A stretch of DNA of 64,000 nucleotides from Pelagomonas calceolata (lineage: Eukaryota): positions 2,790,001 to 2,854,000 of the forward strand of contig CAKKNE010000003.1 in NCBI GenBank assembly GCA_918797485.1, in the 5' to 3' direction. Below the pieces are notes generated by a model that saw only the letters and a list, made by a program, of their open reading frames with translations, searched no databases and was not told the origin of the DNA. Shown here one piece after another: positions 1 to 10,153 of the stretch; the first letter of the stretch is position 1, and each line of letters opens with the position of its first letter. The translations under genes were made by a program, and so were the position numbers.

Positions 1-437
1 TCCAGCTCACCTGGTCAAACATGACCCAGCTATCCGACGACTGCTCGCGGTCGCGGCTGGACGGCGGCATGCACTTCACGGCCTCCGTGCCGGCCGCGGA
101 GGCGCTCTGCGAGGGTATTGGTGATCAGGGCTTCGCCTTCGCGTCCCTCCTCATCGACAATGACTGGATGCCGGGCGCCAACCCCGCGGCCGCGACGCCG
201 CGACCGACCATCAAGCCCACGTCGAAGCCGACGCCGGCGCCGACGCTCCCAACTTGCCAGTCGCTCTGCCACGCCTGGGCCTCGGCGGCGTACAGCGTCA
301 CGGACACGTCTCCCTGGTGCGGGACTTGCACAAACAACGGCGTCAACTGCTTCACCGGTGGCAACAGCTGCCAGGGGCCGTACGATTCCGGTTTCTGCCG
401 GCTCAACATGGCCGGCACGGTGTGCTCCCGAGACTAG
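1..437 (+). CDS. 3' part of a vanadium-dependent haloperoxidase/PAP2-like protein with a Pro/Thr linker and Cys-rich tail (5' end outside window)
   Basis: SRSRLDGGMHF matches the C-terminal SRxxxGxHF vanadate-binding motif; frame is open to the window edge. Confidence 0.65.
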   Translation, partial: QLTWSNMTQLSDDCSRSRLDGGMHFTASVPAAEALCEGIGDQGFAFASLLIDNDWMPGANPAAATPRPTIKPTSKPTPAPTLPTCQSLCHAWASAAYSVTDTSPWCGTCTNNGVNCFTGGNSCQGPYDSGFCRLNMAGTVCSRD

Positions 438-768
438 ACCGGAGGTCGGCGCGCGCGCAAGGCGCGCGCCGGTCCGCCTCCCACTTCCATACGACCATGT
501 TCATATGCCTGCTTTGGGACATCTGACTGACTATCATCCCCCTCGTTCCCCCGCGCCGGTCCTTCTCTTGGTATAAGTTCACCGTGCTGCGTTCTGTTTT
601 AGCTACTAGTGGTACGAACGCAGTGGCGGCTGCGAGGAGGTGTTGCGTGGAAAGAGGCACTCCTACCCCGCCAACACACTGTCACCCCGCACCGAAATGT
701 AGACCGCACTCTTGCCCGTCGAAACGCCGTCACCGCGACGAGACTCATAAACGAACTATTGTTACATA

Positions 769-1353
769 TCAGTAGAAGATACCTTTGCCCCCCGCGATGA
801 CGAGCACGGTCATGAGGCCGAAAATACCGAGGTAGAGGTTGCCGCCCCCTTGGTAATCGGCCGACATAGGATCACTTTTCCTCATGTCGGCGACGAGCTT
901 GTTCCGCACCTCGTCGGACAGCTCGTTGAGCTCGTTGAAGGCCTGGACGGCTGCGATGATGTCGAGGTTGTCCCTCGAAAAACCGCCGGCCTTCTCGGCC
1001 GTCGCCAGCGCGATCTGGATCTGCTCCTTGTTGCGGGCTTTCGTGGCCGCCCGGAGCGCTTCCGTGATCTTCTTGCGGTTCTCGATCTCGCGCTGCGTCT
1101 TCTCCTCCGGCGTGAGCTCCTTCGCCTCGACGACGGGCTCGGCGACGGCGACGGGCGCCGGCGGCGGCGGCGCCGGCGCGGGCGGCATCGCCTCGGCGGC
1201 GAGCGCGTCCGCTTCCGCTCGCAAGGCGGCGGCCTGCTCAAGGAGGGCCGTCGCCTCGTCGACGGCGCGCAGCTTGTGCTGCGCTATCCTGGTGACGGGC
1301 GGCACCAAGGCCGTGCCGGTTGCGAGGAGTGCGGTGATTGCGAGACGAGCCAT
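769..1353 (-). CDS. Uncharacterised, probably plastid-targeted protein with a C-terminal transmembrane helix
   Basis: ATG at 1353 gives a MARLAITALLATGTA-L signal-like leader; hydrophobic C-terminus LYLGIFGLMTVLVIAGG. Confidence 0.7.
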   Translation of the reverse strand: MARLAITALLATGTALVPPVTRIAQHKLRAVDEATALLEQAAALRAEADALAAEAMPPAPAPPPPAPVAVAEPVVEAKELTPEEKTQREIENRKKITEALRAATKARNKEQIQIALATAEKAGGFSRDNLDIIAAVQAFNELNELSDEVRNKLVADMRKSDPMSADYQGGGNLYLGIFGLMTVLVIAGGKGIFY

Positions 1354-1362
1354 TGTTGCGTT

Positions 1363-1408
1363 CTTCGACAGCGTTTTGCGGTGCTGCTTCGACAGCGTTT
1401 TGTGGTGC
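1363..1408. repeat. Tandem duplication (24-nt period) in the 5' UTR
   Basis: cttcgacagcgttttg(c/t)ggtgc at 1363 and 1387. Confidence 0.85.
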
Positions 1409-1769
1409 GCGACGGCTTGTGACGGCTGAGTGGCGCTGCTGAGTGGTTTTGTTGCAACAAAAGTGTTGTTGCGACTGCGGTCTTCGACGACTGTTCGTGT
1501 TCTTGCAAAGAGATACTCGCGGAAGACTCCAACGATGTCTGTCTGCGCGAATTTATGCGACGGCGGCTGTGCCACTGCCAGCACGAGCTATCAACAAAGC
1601 TGACGGGGTGCGCGGATCCAACCTGAGGCGCACCGCTCCGGGTACAGGCGCGAGCCCAAGCTTCGGAACAAGACTGCTCTCGAGTAAAAAAACACAACAA
1701 GGGACGCTGCCCGTACGCGGCCCGCGCCCGAACGGCCCGCAAGCAAGACAAAGTAAAACACACTTCCCC

Positions 1770-4040
1770 TTAGAGATACACCGTCTGCACGCGCCGCTTC
1801 GGCCTAAATATTCGATCGGCGGCGACCATGGCCGGCGGCAAGGCGGCCGGCGTCACGGTCTCGGAGCGCGCGCCACCATCAGTAATAGTCCACGAGTCGA
1901 CGGAGCCGCGCGTCTTTAATGAGCCACGGGTAGAAGCGCGAGAAAACGTCGGATACAACTCGTTTTCTGCCGGCTCGGCGCTTTCCTCGACGAAGACGCC
2001 CGTGCCGTCGACGAGGGAAGAAGCCGTCCGCACCGGTGAGCCCGTCGCCTTCCACTCCGAGGGCTCGCCAATGAACGGCGAGGCCCGCGCGTCGAAGTAG
2101 TTCTGGAGATTGGTCGATCTAATATTCGCAACACGCTCTTTCTCGGCCTCTACCGCGGAACGCCACTCACTCAACAACGAAGCCTGCTTCCTCCTCTGCT
2201 TGCTTTCATCCGTTTCCGGTGGTATGGTAGAATCGAAGATGCCCGGGTGGATCGTGAAAGGAGCCTTCTGCGACCGCAACGCCAATACCCGATCCATCTC
2301 ACTGTTCCGGATGAGCTCCACGTCGCGCTCGAGCTCCTCCTTCAGCCGGCGCCGTTCCGCGGCCCGTTCCTTGGAGGCCCGCTCCCGCTCCAGGTGGATC
2401 TTCTCCTCCCGGTCGAACTCCTCCCTCCTAATATGATCTACCAGTCGGATCGCGTTGGACAACTCCTCGTGTTTCACTTCTTCTAATCTCTCTTCAATCC
2501 CGTGCTTCTGCACGTTCGAAATGGCCATGGAGACCCTTTCAGCCAATCGAGCTTCCGCCTTGCGCTTGCGGATGGCCTCCCTTTCTGCTCGTCGCGCCTC
2601 CTGGACCACAGCTTCTCTCGGCCCGCCTCGCGGCGCGCCGGACGCCGCGCCGGGCGGCGGCACGCGGATCTCCTTCAATGCTGAAGCATCGAAGCCCGCG
2701 GGCAGGTCTATGGACGCAGCCGTGGCGTCAAACCCTTGCCGTAGAGGCAGCTCCATCCGCAGGTCAAGTTCTTCTCTTTTCACGAGGTTCACCCTCGTGG
2801 CTTTTGATTCTCTTTCGAGAGCCAGGGCGTCCATCAGAGGTACGCTTCCAGATGATCTTAATGTCACGGCCTCCACATTACGTGTCACGTGGTCCACAGG
2901 ACCAGTCAGTCGAGGCACCTGGGCTTCCGGCACGGAAGAAGCCTCGTAGTACGACCGATGGGCCGCCTCGAAGCGGGACTGGTCCGCCTTGTCCGCCACT
3001 TCGTGGCCTTCCAGCGTTCGCTCATGTAGCTTTTTCCTAGCAGGCAGCGGCAACGGGTCCTGCGGCCGCGGCCGTAAGGGCGGGATCGACGCGACCATTT
3101 GTGCAGCCTCCTTGTCACTGATGACCTCCCCACTTTTACGAAGCTTCTCGATCATCTCCAATTTCTTCTGGACCGCCTCCTTCCTCTCAGCATCTTCCTG
3201 TTTCCACCTCTCCAGATCTTTCCGGTCGGCCTTGATGGCGTCGATCTCCATCCTCCGTAACTTCCTTTGTAGTCTACGTTCGTCCTTTTTCTCCTCGGGG
3301 AGTTCCAGGAAGTCTTCACTCACATGCTTCGCGAGAACATCTTCCTGGAGCCTTTGTGTGTGCGCGAGCGCCTTGCCCGTCTCGGCTTCTCTCTTGAAGT
3401 CAAAGGCCTGGGCTCGCGACTGTTTCCGCCGCATGATCGCGAAGGGGTCGGCCCGCATCTTGCGTTGCAATCTTTTCGCGTTCCGGGGGCCGGCGGCTGC
3501 TTTGATGGCTTCGGGTCTCAACGTGGCCGCAGCGCCGATGAAGGCGTCTTCATCCAAGGCTTGCGAGGGATCTAAAGCAAGCTCGGTCAAGAAGGTAGCT
3601 GCCGCTTCCTGGGGATGGGTCGAACCGGGTGGTGGTGCGTATTTCAGGTCCAGCGCGCGGATCGCGTCGCCCAATCGGGACGTGGCCAAGCCATCCTTGC
3701 CCTTGAGGGCGTTGAAGATGGATGTGAGTTGCGTCGTGACGACCGTGGCCGTCTTGCCGAGGCCCCGAGCCTTGTTGTACTGTTTTTTCGAGGGTTCGGG
3801 ATTAAACTCCTTGGCGAACGTCTTGGCCGCGCGGCCTTGCGTCGACATGGCCTTCGACATATACGAGGTGGGATTCCGTTCCGAGGCGGCGAGCAAGGTG
3901 CGCGTGAGATTGTTTGCCATGAAACTCGTCGAGCGGGGCAGCTCGTCGTCGTCATCATCTTCGTCCTTCGCCTCCTCGTACTCGCCATGGATCTCCTCGT
4001 CGCGGAAGGCTTGCGAGACGCCGCGGGGGCGGCGCTGCAT
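1770..4040 (-). CDS. Uncharacterised coiled-coil protein
   Basis: Long ORF with E/R/K-rich helices; first ATG at 4040 (MQRRPRG). Confidence 0.7.
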   Translation of the reverse strand: MQRRPRGVSQAFRDEEIHGEYEEAKDEDDDDDELPRSTSFMANNLTRTLLAASERNPTSYMSKAMSTQGRAAKTFAKEFNPEPSKKQYNKARGLGKTATVVTTQLTSIFNALKGKDGLATSRLGDAIRALDLKYAPPPGSTHPQEAAATFLTELALDPSQALDEDAFIGAAATLRPEAIKAAAGPRNAKRLQRKMRADPFAIMRRKQSRAQAFDFKREAETGKALAHTQRLQEDVLAKHVSEDFLELPEEKKDERRLQRKLRRMEIDAIKADRKDLERWKQEDAERKEAVQKKLEMIEKLRKSGEVISDKEAAQMVASIPPLRPRPQDPLPLPARKKLHERTLEGHEVADKADQSRFEAAHRSYYEASSVPEAQVPRLTGPVDHVTRNVEAVTLRSSGSVPLMDALALERESKATRVNLVKREELDLRMELPLRQGFDATAASIDLPAGFDASALKEIRVPPPGAASGAPRGGPREAVVQEARRAEREAIRKRKAEARLAERVSMAISNVQKHGIEERLEEVKHEELSNAIRLVDHIRREEFDREEKIHLERERASKERAAERRRLKEELERDVELIRNSEMDRVLALRSQKAPFTIHPGIFDSTIPPETDESKQRRKQASLLSEWRSAVEAEKERVANIRSTNLQNYFDARASPFIGEPSEWKATGSPVRTASSLVDGTGVFVEESAEPAENELYPTFSRASTRGSLKTRGSVDSWTITDGGARSETVTPAALPPAMVAADRIFRPKRRVQTVYL

Positions 4041-4249
4041 CGTGGCTAGGCGTCGCGGCGATGGCGTCTGGGCAGCGGCGTCTTGCAAGCCCTGCCCGAG
4101 TGCACAGACTCTGGCGTCGGGGTCGTATCGAAGGACGCGTCGGGGCAGCGACCGGTGTGCTCCGTGCCACAGTGGGAGGCTGCCGGAGGTGGTCAGGGCG
4201 GCCTGGCGTGCCGAGACCAGGCCCTGCTGAACTTAGCGCCGACAATGAG

Positions 4250-4271
4250 GCTAGTATGTCAAGACGCTAGC
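4250..4271. promoter_or_regulatory. CTAG-box intergenic motif (reverse orientation)
   Basis: gctagtatgtcaagacgctagc between divergent genes. Confidence 0.65.
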
Positions 4272-4494
4272 TCACTGCTAAGGCGGCTCTCACAAACTCG
4301 GCGCACAGGGGCCTGCAGGCATCACGGATCGCGGCAAGGAGACGTGCACACAGTGCGCTCACCGCGTCCGACGACTGGTGGCTACACGATCACCGGACGT
4401 GCACCGGACTGCACACCTCGGAGCTGCAGCGGCGGTCCGCATCATTTGCACTCGCCGCAGCCGTGTGAACGTGCTACGAGGCTCACGCCAGTCG

Positions 4495-5178
4495 ATGCGC
4501 GCATCAGCGCTCCTCATCATGGCAGCCATGGACATCAGCAGCACGACGGCGCTGCGCTGCGTCATCGTGCCCGGCAACGGCTGCACGGGCCGCGTCGCGG
4601 ACGCGAATTGGTACGGCTGGCTCGAGCGCGAGCTGCGACGCGATTCACCATTCCGGGAGGTCGTGGTCCCGGAGACGATGCCCGACCCGGTCGGCGCGAA
4701 GGAAAGCGTCTGGGTGCCGTTTATGCGCGACACTCTCAAGGTCGGCGCCGACACCGTCGTCGTCGGCCACTCCTCGGGCGCCGTCGCCGCGATGCGCCTC
4801 GCCGAGGAGACACCGGTCGCTGCATTAGTACTAGTGAGCGCGTGCCACACGGACCTGGGCGACCCGGGCGAGCGCGCGGCGGGCTACTACGCGCGACCCT
4901 GGCGCTGGGACGCCATCAGGGCGAATGCTGGGCGCATCGTCCAGTTCCACAGCGACAACGACCCGTTCATCCCGGATACCGCGCGATCGCGGCGTCCTTC
5001 GATCGCGCCATCGATGCGACGTGCCCCTGACGCTGTCGTTCAAACACAGGAGGCGCGCCACGTCGCCGAAAACCTACAAAGCGAGTACTCCGAGCTGCCG
5101 GGCCGCTCCCACTTCTTTACGCCGCCGTTCGCCGAGTGCCTCGAGGTCTGCCGAGAGATCGCAGCTAGCACAACATAG
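4495..5178 (+). CDS. RBBP9: RBBP9/YdeN-family serine hydrolase, with a probable in-frame GC-AG intron at 4981-5049
   Basis: VIVPGNG, NWYGWL, MPDP, GHSSGA nucleophile elbow, DNDPFIP, GRSHF; removing 4981-5049 restores RBBP9-like spacing (DPFIPDTEARHVA). Confidence 0.85.
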   Translation: MRASALLIMAAMDISSTTALRCVIVPGNGCTGRVADANWYGWLERELRRDSPFREVVVPETMPDPVGAKESVWVPFMRDTLKVGADTVVVGHSSGAVAAMRLAEETPVAALVLVSACHTDLGDPGERAAGYYARPWRWDAIRANAGRIVQFHSDNDPFIPDTARSRRPSIAPSMRRAPDAVVQTQEARHVAENLQSEYSELPGRSHFFTPPFAECLEVCREIAASTT

Positions 5179-5221
5179 CGCTGCAGCAGGGCGCTGCTTG
5201 AGTAAAGAGTGTGTGGTAAGC

Positions 5222-5270
5222 GTCGCGGCGATGGCGTGGTGGTAGCGGGCTAAAACGCCCTCGCCGCGAC
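5222..5270. repeat. 16-bp inverted repeat (hairpin) between convergent genes
   Basis: gtcgcggcgatggcgt (5222-5237) pairs with acgccctcgccgcgac (5255-5270); 1 mismatch, 17-nt loop. Confidence 0.75.
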
Positions 5271-5298
5271 TCATCACAATATAAGTTACAGACAACAA

Positions 5299-6777
5299 CT
5301 AGTCCCACAACGCCAGCCCCCCGTCCTGGTCCACGGTCGCGAGGATGTCCGCGGCCCACGCCACGGCGTTGACGGGAGGCGCTTCCAGGGAAGACGGTTG
5401 CAACGTGGTCGCACAAGCCCCTGTCCGCGCGTCGAAGACCAAAACGGCGCCACTGACAGAGGGCGCCGCAACGTGCAAGGCGCCGGGCGCCCACGCGATC
5501 CTGCATCGCTCCGGCGCCTTTAGGGCATCGTGTTTCAGGGAGTGCACACACGTAGAGCGCCGCCGGTCGTAGATATACAGAGCGTGGTCCGCATTCAGGG
5601 AAGCCACAAAATGGCCCTCCGCACTAACGGCACGGACGGCCGCCGTGCTGTCGCGCGGCCCCATGTCCAAGGCGCACACTTCGCTCCGCGCATCCCACAA
5701 TCGACACGCGCCGTCGGCGTGGCCCGCGATCACTGAATGGCCGCCCACGCTAGCTAGGGCAGAACCGCCGCTCGGGCACAGCCGCTCCTCCCTCACTCGG
5801 TCGTGGTCCCAGAACTTGACGACGCCGTCACTGGCGCACGTCGCATACGTTGCTTGTGAGAGTAAAACGGCGCCGCCCATCCGCGCTTTCTTTTGGTGTG
5901 AGTGCTGCAGCGACAGGCGGCGCCTCCCATTGATATCCCAGAGCTGGACGGACGTATTTTTCGAAGCGCACAGTATCAGATCATGCTTCACATCGACGGT
6001 GGCGCAGGATTCTCTCCTATCGGTAGTGAGTTTGAGGGACGGCGTCGGCGTCGTCGTAACGTGCCAAACAACAATGGAACCGTCCTCCCCGCCCGAAACC
6101 GCGTGCTTCCCCTCCAGACACACGTCGACCGCTGCGACAGCGTGGGCCCGTCGTACCACGCACCGTGCCTTCGACGGCACCGCCTCGACCACTGACCACT
6201 CCTTCTCGTTCTTCAGATCCAGATCGCTCCGCAACCGCTCCACGACCTCGGTCATCGCATTGAGCTCCCCATTCTTTTTATCTTTGTCGGAGATGACTCT
6301 TTGTATGAGTGAATCGTGCTCCTGCTTTCTTAGTCTTGATTCTTCCTCGTGGCGCTTGGCCTTGGATCGCTCCGCGCTCAATTTTGAGACGGCCTCGTCC
6401 CGCTCCTTGCGCAACCTATCAGAGTCCCGTCGCAGCGTCTCCAGTCTCCGGTCGCGCTCGTGGAGCGCATCGGCCAAAGCGACGCGTTCCTTGTCCAACG
6501 CTCGCGCGGCCTCGTGCGCCGCGCTCAGGTCCCGCTGGAGCGACGCGTTCTGCTGCTCGAGGCGCCGCGCTGCGGTCTGTGCTGCTCGCGCCGTCATCGT
6601 GTCGTCGGCCTCGCTTCTCAAAGTCGACAACGCGGCCGCTTGCCGGGCGATGGTGTCCTCGTGTTCCAAGATACGCTCGTTCAGGGCGCTGTTCTCTTGG
6701 ATGATGGCTCTGAATCGGTCGACCTCGGCGTCCTGCTGGGCTAGGGCTCGGCGCACCGATTCTAAGTGTGCTGCCAT
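5299..6777 (-). CDS. ATG16: ATG16-like autophagy protein (N-terminal coiled coil plus WD40 repeats)
   Basis: About 190-aa coiled coil followed by WD repeats (SGGEDGSIVVW, ASDGVVKFWD, GHADGACRLWD). Confidence 0.7.
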   Translation of the reverse strand: MAAHLESVRRALAQQDAEVDRFRAIIQENSALNERILEHEDTIARQAAALSTLRSEADDTMTARAAQTAARRLEQQNASLQRDLSAAHEAARALDKERVALADALHERDRRLETLRRDSDRLRKERDEAVSKLSAERSKAKRHEEESRLRKQEHDSLIQRVISDKDKKNGELNAMTEVVERLRSDLDLKNEKEWSVVEAVPSKARCVVRRAHAVAAVDVCLEGKHAVSGGEDGSIVVWHVTTTPTPSLKLTTDRRESCATVDVKHDLILCASKNTSVQLWDINGRRRLSLQHSHQKKARMGGAVLLSQATYATCASDGVVKFWDHDRVREERLCPSGGSALASVGGHSVIAGHADGACRLWDARSEVCALDMGPRDSTAAVRAVSAEGHFVASLNADHALYIYDRRRSTCVHSLKHDALKAPERCRIAWAPGALHVAAPSVSGAVLVFDARTGACATTLQPSSLEAPPVNAVAWAADILATVDQDGGLALWD

Positions 6778-6916
6778 CTTTTTTGGTTTGGCGGCGTAGC
6801 GATGCTCAGGCCTCGTGCAGCGGTCGGAGCTTGACCTCGGCTACCTCTTGGGTTTGTAACAGAGAGTGGGTCGAACTTGTTGTTCTTTGCCCAGAAAAGT
6901 CGTGTGCTAAATTGGT

Positions 6917-6948
6917 GCTAGTGCCTTTACAGACACTACTTCACTAGC
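6917..6948. promoter_or_regulatory. CTAG-box intergenic motif (reverse, variant)
   Basis: gctagtgcctttacagacactacttcactagc between divergent genes. Confidence 0.55.
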
Positions 6949-7120
6949 TTTGTTTGGTTTGGCCGCGGAGCGGACGCAGGCGTTAAAAATCGGTATCTCG
7001 GTTATTATCCTGACCCAGAAGTCAACGCGGACCGCGGCGGGCCGCGCCGGAAAGCGCTCTTACATTTGAAAATTGAAATCAATCTCGATCTGCCGCGCGC
7101 GCAGAGGGGTTGACGGAGCG

Positions 7121-7936
7121 ATGGAAGACGACGGCGTCCCTGAAAGAATCTTTGACGCGGCGTGCGACGGCGACCTGGAAGAAGTGCAAAAATTTCTAGC
7201 CAGCGTCGCCACGCCGCGAGACGTCGTGAACAGCATAGATCCTGCTGCGCCTGGCAGCAATGCAACGCTTCTCTCTTGTGTGACCTGTGAAGTTCGCAAC
7301 AACGTGAGGCACGTCAAAATCGTGAGACTGCTCATTTCCCACGGTGCTAACGTGAATCAAATCGAGACGGGCGGGGCATCGCCGCTACACAACGTACTGC
7401 ATTTTTTTGGCCATGGGTGCTCGGGAAAAGCAGTTATCGATGTGGTCAAGTCTCTCCTGAGGGCAGGGGCTGATGTTAATCGCGCAGGTGGAAGGTACGT
7501 AGGCCTTCCAATCACGATGGTCATCGAAAAGTTGGCGAAACGACGTCGTCCTGACAGTGCGGCGCTTGCGGAACTTGTGAAAATGCTCCTGCGTGCGGGT
7601 GCCTCCGTAGATAGTTCTAGTGAAGGGAAATTGACTGGGTGGCAAAGTATGCGGAATGTTTGGCTTACTGCTGTTCGGACACATCGGTACGACGACGACG
7701 GCAGGTGCGCCGAGCTCCTTGCCGATCCCCACTTCATCACGATCAAAGCCCAGATAGACGGCGTCCACGCGCACGGTTCCTGGCGCGCGTACATCATGGC
7801 GCCGCGGTTGGAGGTCTTGACCCTCCGCGGTCTCGCGAACCGCGGCAAGATCCGCTCGACGGACCCCGCGCTGAACAACCTCGTCGCGCTCCCGAATGAG
7901 CTCATCTGCCAGGTACTCGCGTTTTGGTCCGGCTAG
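7121..7936 (+). CDS. Ankyrin-repeat protein with a C-terminal F-box-like motif
   Basis: LLISHGANVN, SPLH, LLRAGADVN, LLRAGAS repeats; ends LVALPNELICQVLAFW. Confidence 0.8.
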   Translation: MEDDGVPERIFDAACDGDLEEVQKFLASVATPRDVVNSIDPAAPGSNATLLSCVTCEVRNNVRHVKIVRLLISHGANVNQIETGGASPLHNVLHFFGHGCSGKAVIDVVKSLLRAGADVNRAGGRYVGLPITMVIEKLAKRRRPDSAALAELVKMLLRAGASVDSSSEGKLTGWQSMRNVWLTAVRTHRYDDDGRCAELLADPHFITIKAQIDGVHAHGSWRAYIMAPRLEVLTLRGLANRGKIRSTDPALNNLVALPNELICQVLAFWSG

Positions 7937-8022
7937 CGGCGCAGCCACGTAGCCGAGAGCGTGACTCAGTACAAGACTGATGAAGCAAGCGCACAAGGCG
8001 CTACCAAGATGACTAAGAAAAC

Positions 8023-9846
8023 TTACACAGAACATCCCACCTCCCCCAGCGACGCGTCGACGGCAATCCGCCCGCCGGGCGCCCGCGGCGCCGCGTTCGG
8101 TCGCTCCCACCAGTCCTTCCCCGCGCAGAGCGTGCCCTTCGCCCGCATGTCGTCGAGCAGCGCGCGGTGCTCGGCGACGCTCACCAACGCGTTCGCGACG
8201 AGGATGCCGCTCGCCGCCGCGGCCGGCAGGCCGATGCCCGGGAACTGCGAGTCGCCGACCTGCCAGAGGCCCTTCACGGGCGTGCCGCCGTCGCCGAAGC
8301 CTTTGAGGTCGCCCTCGACGGTCGCGCCAGCTGGCCCGTAGGTGCCCATATGCCTATTGTTGAACCGCGCATGCGTCAGCGGTGTCCCGATGGTCGTCAT
8401 CTCGGCGCGCTGCCGCACGTCGGGCACGACGGCCTCGAGCGCGCGCCAGAGCGGCTCGGCGGCCGCGAGTTTTTTTTCTTTGTACTCGGCGCTCTTCCGG
8501 TCGAGCGCCGCCCACGCGTCGTACGGTTCGGTGGCCGCGGCATATACATGAGCCAAATGTTTTCCTGCAGGCGCGAGCCCGGCGTCGAAGAGCGTCGGGA
8601 TGGAAATGATGTACATATTCCTCTCCGCGTCGAGGGCCGCGCAGTCGTCCTCGAGCAGGCCCTCGTTGAAGACGCTGTGGTGGCAATCCAAATCGGAGGG
8701 TAAACCAGCGGCATCAAACCCAACCCACAAGTGAACAAAACTCCGCGTCGGTACCAATGCCTTCTGCGACGCCTGCCAAGCGGCAATCTGGGGCAGCGGC
8801 GACGGTTTGAGCAGTCTCGTCGCCGTCGTCCAGGCGTCGGCGTTCGAGATGACCGTGTCGCACCGCACCTCGTCGCCGCTTGCCAGCCGCACGCCCGTCA
8901 CGGACCCGTCCCCATTCACCAAGATCTCGTCGACGCGGCACCGCGTCCGCACGGCGCACCCCGCTTGATCACTGATGTAGTCCGCGAGGGCCTCGCAGAC
9001 GGCGCCGGAACCTCCCACAGGATAATCGAGGACGGCGTTCGGGCGGTGCAGGTCGCCGAGCGTGTAGGCCACGGCGGCGCCGACCGTGCCGTCGGCGGGC
9101 AGGCCCGACAGCGCGAACGCCAGATAGTCGATCCACCGCTCCAGGAAGTCGTTATCCGCTTCAGCGAGGTCGAACAATTGCGACGACGCACCCGTCAATA
9201 AATCCGGAATGAACGTCTTCGCCTTCAGCGACGCCTTGAAGATCGCCGGCAACAGGTAGGGCACGAGGGCCGTCTGCACAAACCCCAAAGGATCCGCCCG
9301 CAGCGCCATGGGCGGGCAGGCCATCGCCGCGTCGACGACGGGCTCCGAACCTTTCAATAGAGATCGCCAGGCGCGCTCTCCATTTGAACCGCCCAGTTCT
9401 TGCATCACGTCCCCAAAAGCGTCCGGGCCGACCGTCATGCGCCACCTTTTATCAGCTTTCAAATCATGCAAACCCCAGCCGTCGTACTGGATCCAGTCGA
9501 CGTCGCGCCCGATCGCGTCGAAGACTTGTCTTAATGGAGATGTCGACGGCTGCGCGCAGCCCGCCCACAGGCTCGGGCCGCTGTCGCACGTGTAGCCACC
9601 TCGGGCGAAGGAGTGGGCGCAGCCGCCGACCACGTCGTGTGCCTCTACGAGGAGCACGCGGCGATCGTATCGCGCGAGCAGCGCCGCCGTGCAGAGGCCG
9701 CCGACGCCGGCGCCGACAACGACGGCATCGTAATTTTCATCGGTCTTTGCTCGCAGCGCCTGGCCGCGTCGTTGGCGTATTGGCACGAGCGGTCGTAGCG
9801 CTTGCGTGCACGCGCCGAGCAGCACGGCTGCTGACCACAGCATCAT
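8023..9846 (-). CDS. CRTISO-like carotenoid isomerase / FAD-dependent oxidoreductase, plastid-targeted
   Basis: VVVGAGVGG dinucleotide fold, GGCAHSF, DSGPSL, YPVGGSGA, GTPLTH, GDSQFPGIGLPAAAASG; signal peptide. Confidence 0.85.
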   Translation of the reverse strand: MMLWSAAVLLGACTQALRPLVPIRQRRGQALRAKTDENYDAVVVGAGVGGLCTAALLARYDRRVLLVEAHDVVGGCAHSFARGGYTCDSGPSLWAGCAQPSTSPLRQVFDAIGRDVDWIQYDGWGLHDLKADKRWRMTVGPDAFGDVMQELGGSNGERAWRSLLKGSEPVVDAAMACPPMALRADPLGFVQTALVPYLLPAIFKASLKAKTFIPDLLTGASSQLFDLAEADNDFLERWIDYLAFALSGLPADGTVGAAVAYTLGDLHRPNAVLDYPVGGSGAVCEALADYISDQAGCAVRTRCRVDEILVNGDGSVTGVRLASGDEVRCDTVISNADAWTTATRLLKPSPLPQIAAWQASQKALVPTRSFVHLWVGFDAAGLPSDLDCHHSVFNEGLLEDDCAALDAERNMYIISIPTLFDAGLAPAGKHLAHVYAAATEPYDAWAALDRKSAEYKEKKLAAAEPLWRALEAVVPDVRQRAEMTTIGTPLTHARFNNRHMGTYGPAGATVEGDLKGFGDGGTPVKGLWQVGDSQFPGIGLPAAAASGILVANALVSVAEHRALLDDMRAKGTLCAGKDWWERPNAAPRAPGGRIAVDASLGEVGCSV

Positions 9847-9987
9847 GTGTGTGGTGTGAGTAAGCTATGATCTGTGCTCTGCTGCGCACGACTGCAGAAA
9901 TGGTCCGGTTGCAGTACTACGTGCCTGCTTGTGCTCCGTGACCGCCCTGGAAGTGCTTTATCAGCGCCACCTCCTTCACGGAGCAAA

Positions 9988-10009
9988 ACTAGCGTACTGA
10001 CATACTAGC
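9988..10009. promoter_or_regulatory. CTAG-box intergenic motif
   Basis: actagcgtactgacatactagc; close to the reverse complement of the 4250 copy. Confidence 0.65.
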
Positions 10010-10153
10010 CCGGAGAGCAAAACGCAGCGCCGAGGGTCAAGAGCAGTCCCTAGCCACCCGAGCGCACCGTGAGGAAACCGGAGAAAGTGCACGGGACCAC
10101 AGAAGCCAGAGGAAACGCTCGGGGCAGCCCATCACGGACCAGGAGCGAGCATA

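Noticed and set aside
597..625. agctactagtggtacg as a CTAG-box copy in a convergent interval
   Set aside because: Only one CTAG half-site, and no TGTAAG core or second half-site
2989..4230. Long antisense ORFs such as 2989-4230, 5645-6799, 17085-18038, 43931-44842 and 48045-49259
   Set aside because: Shadow ORFs of real genes in GC-rich DNA; Ser/Ala/Arg-rich with no recognisable motifs
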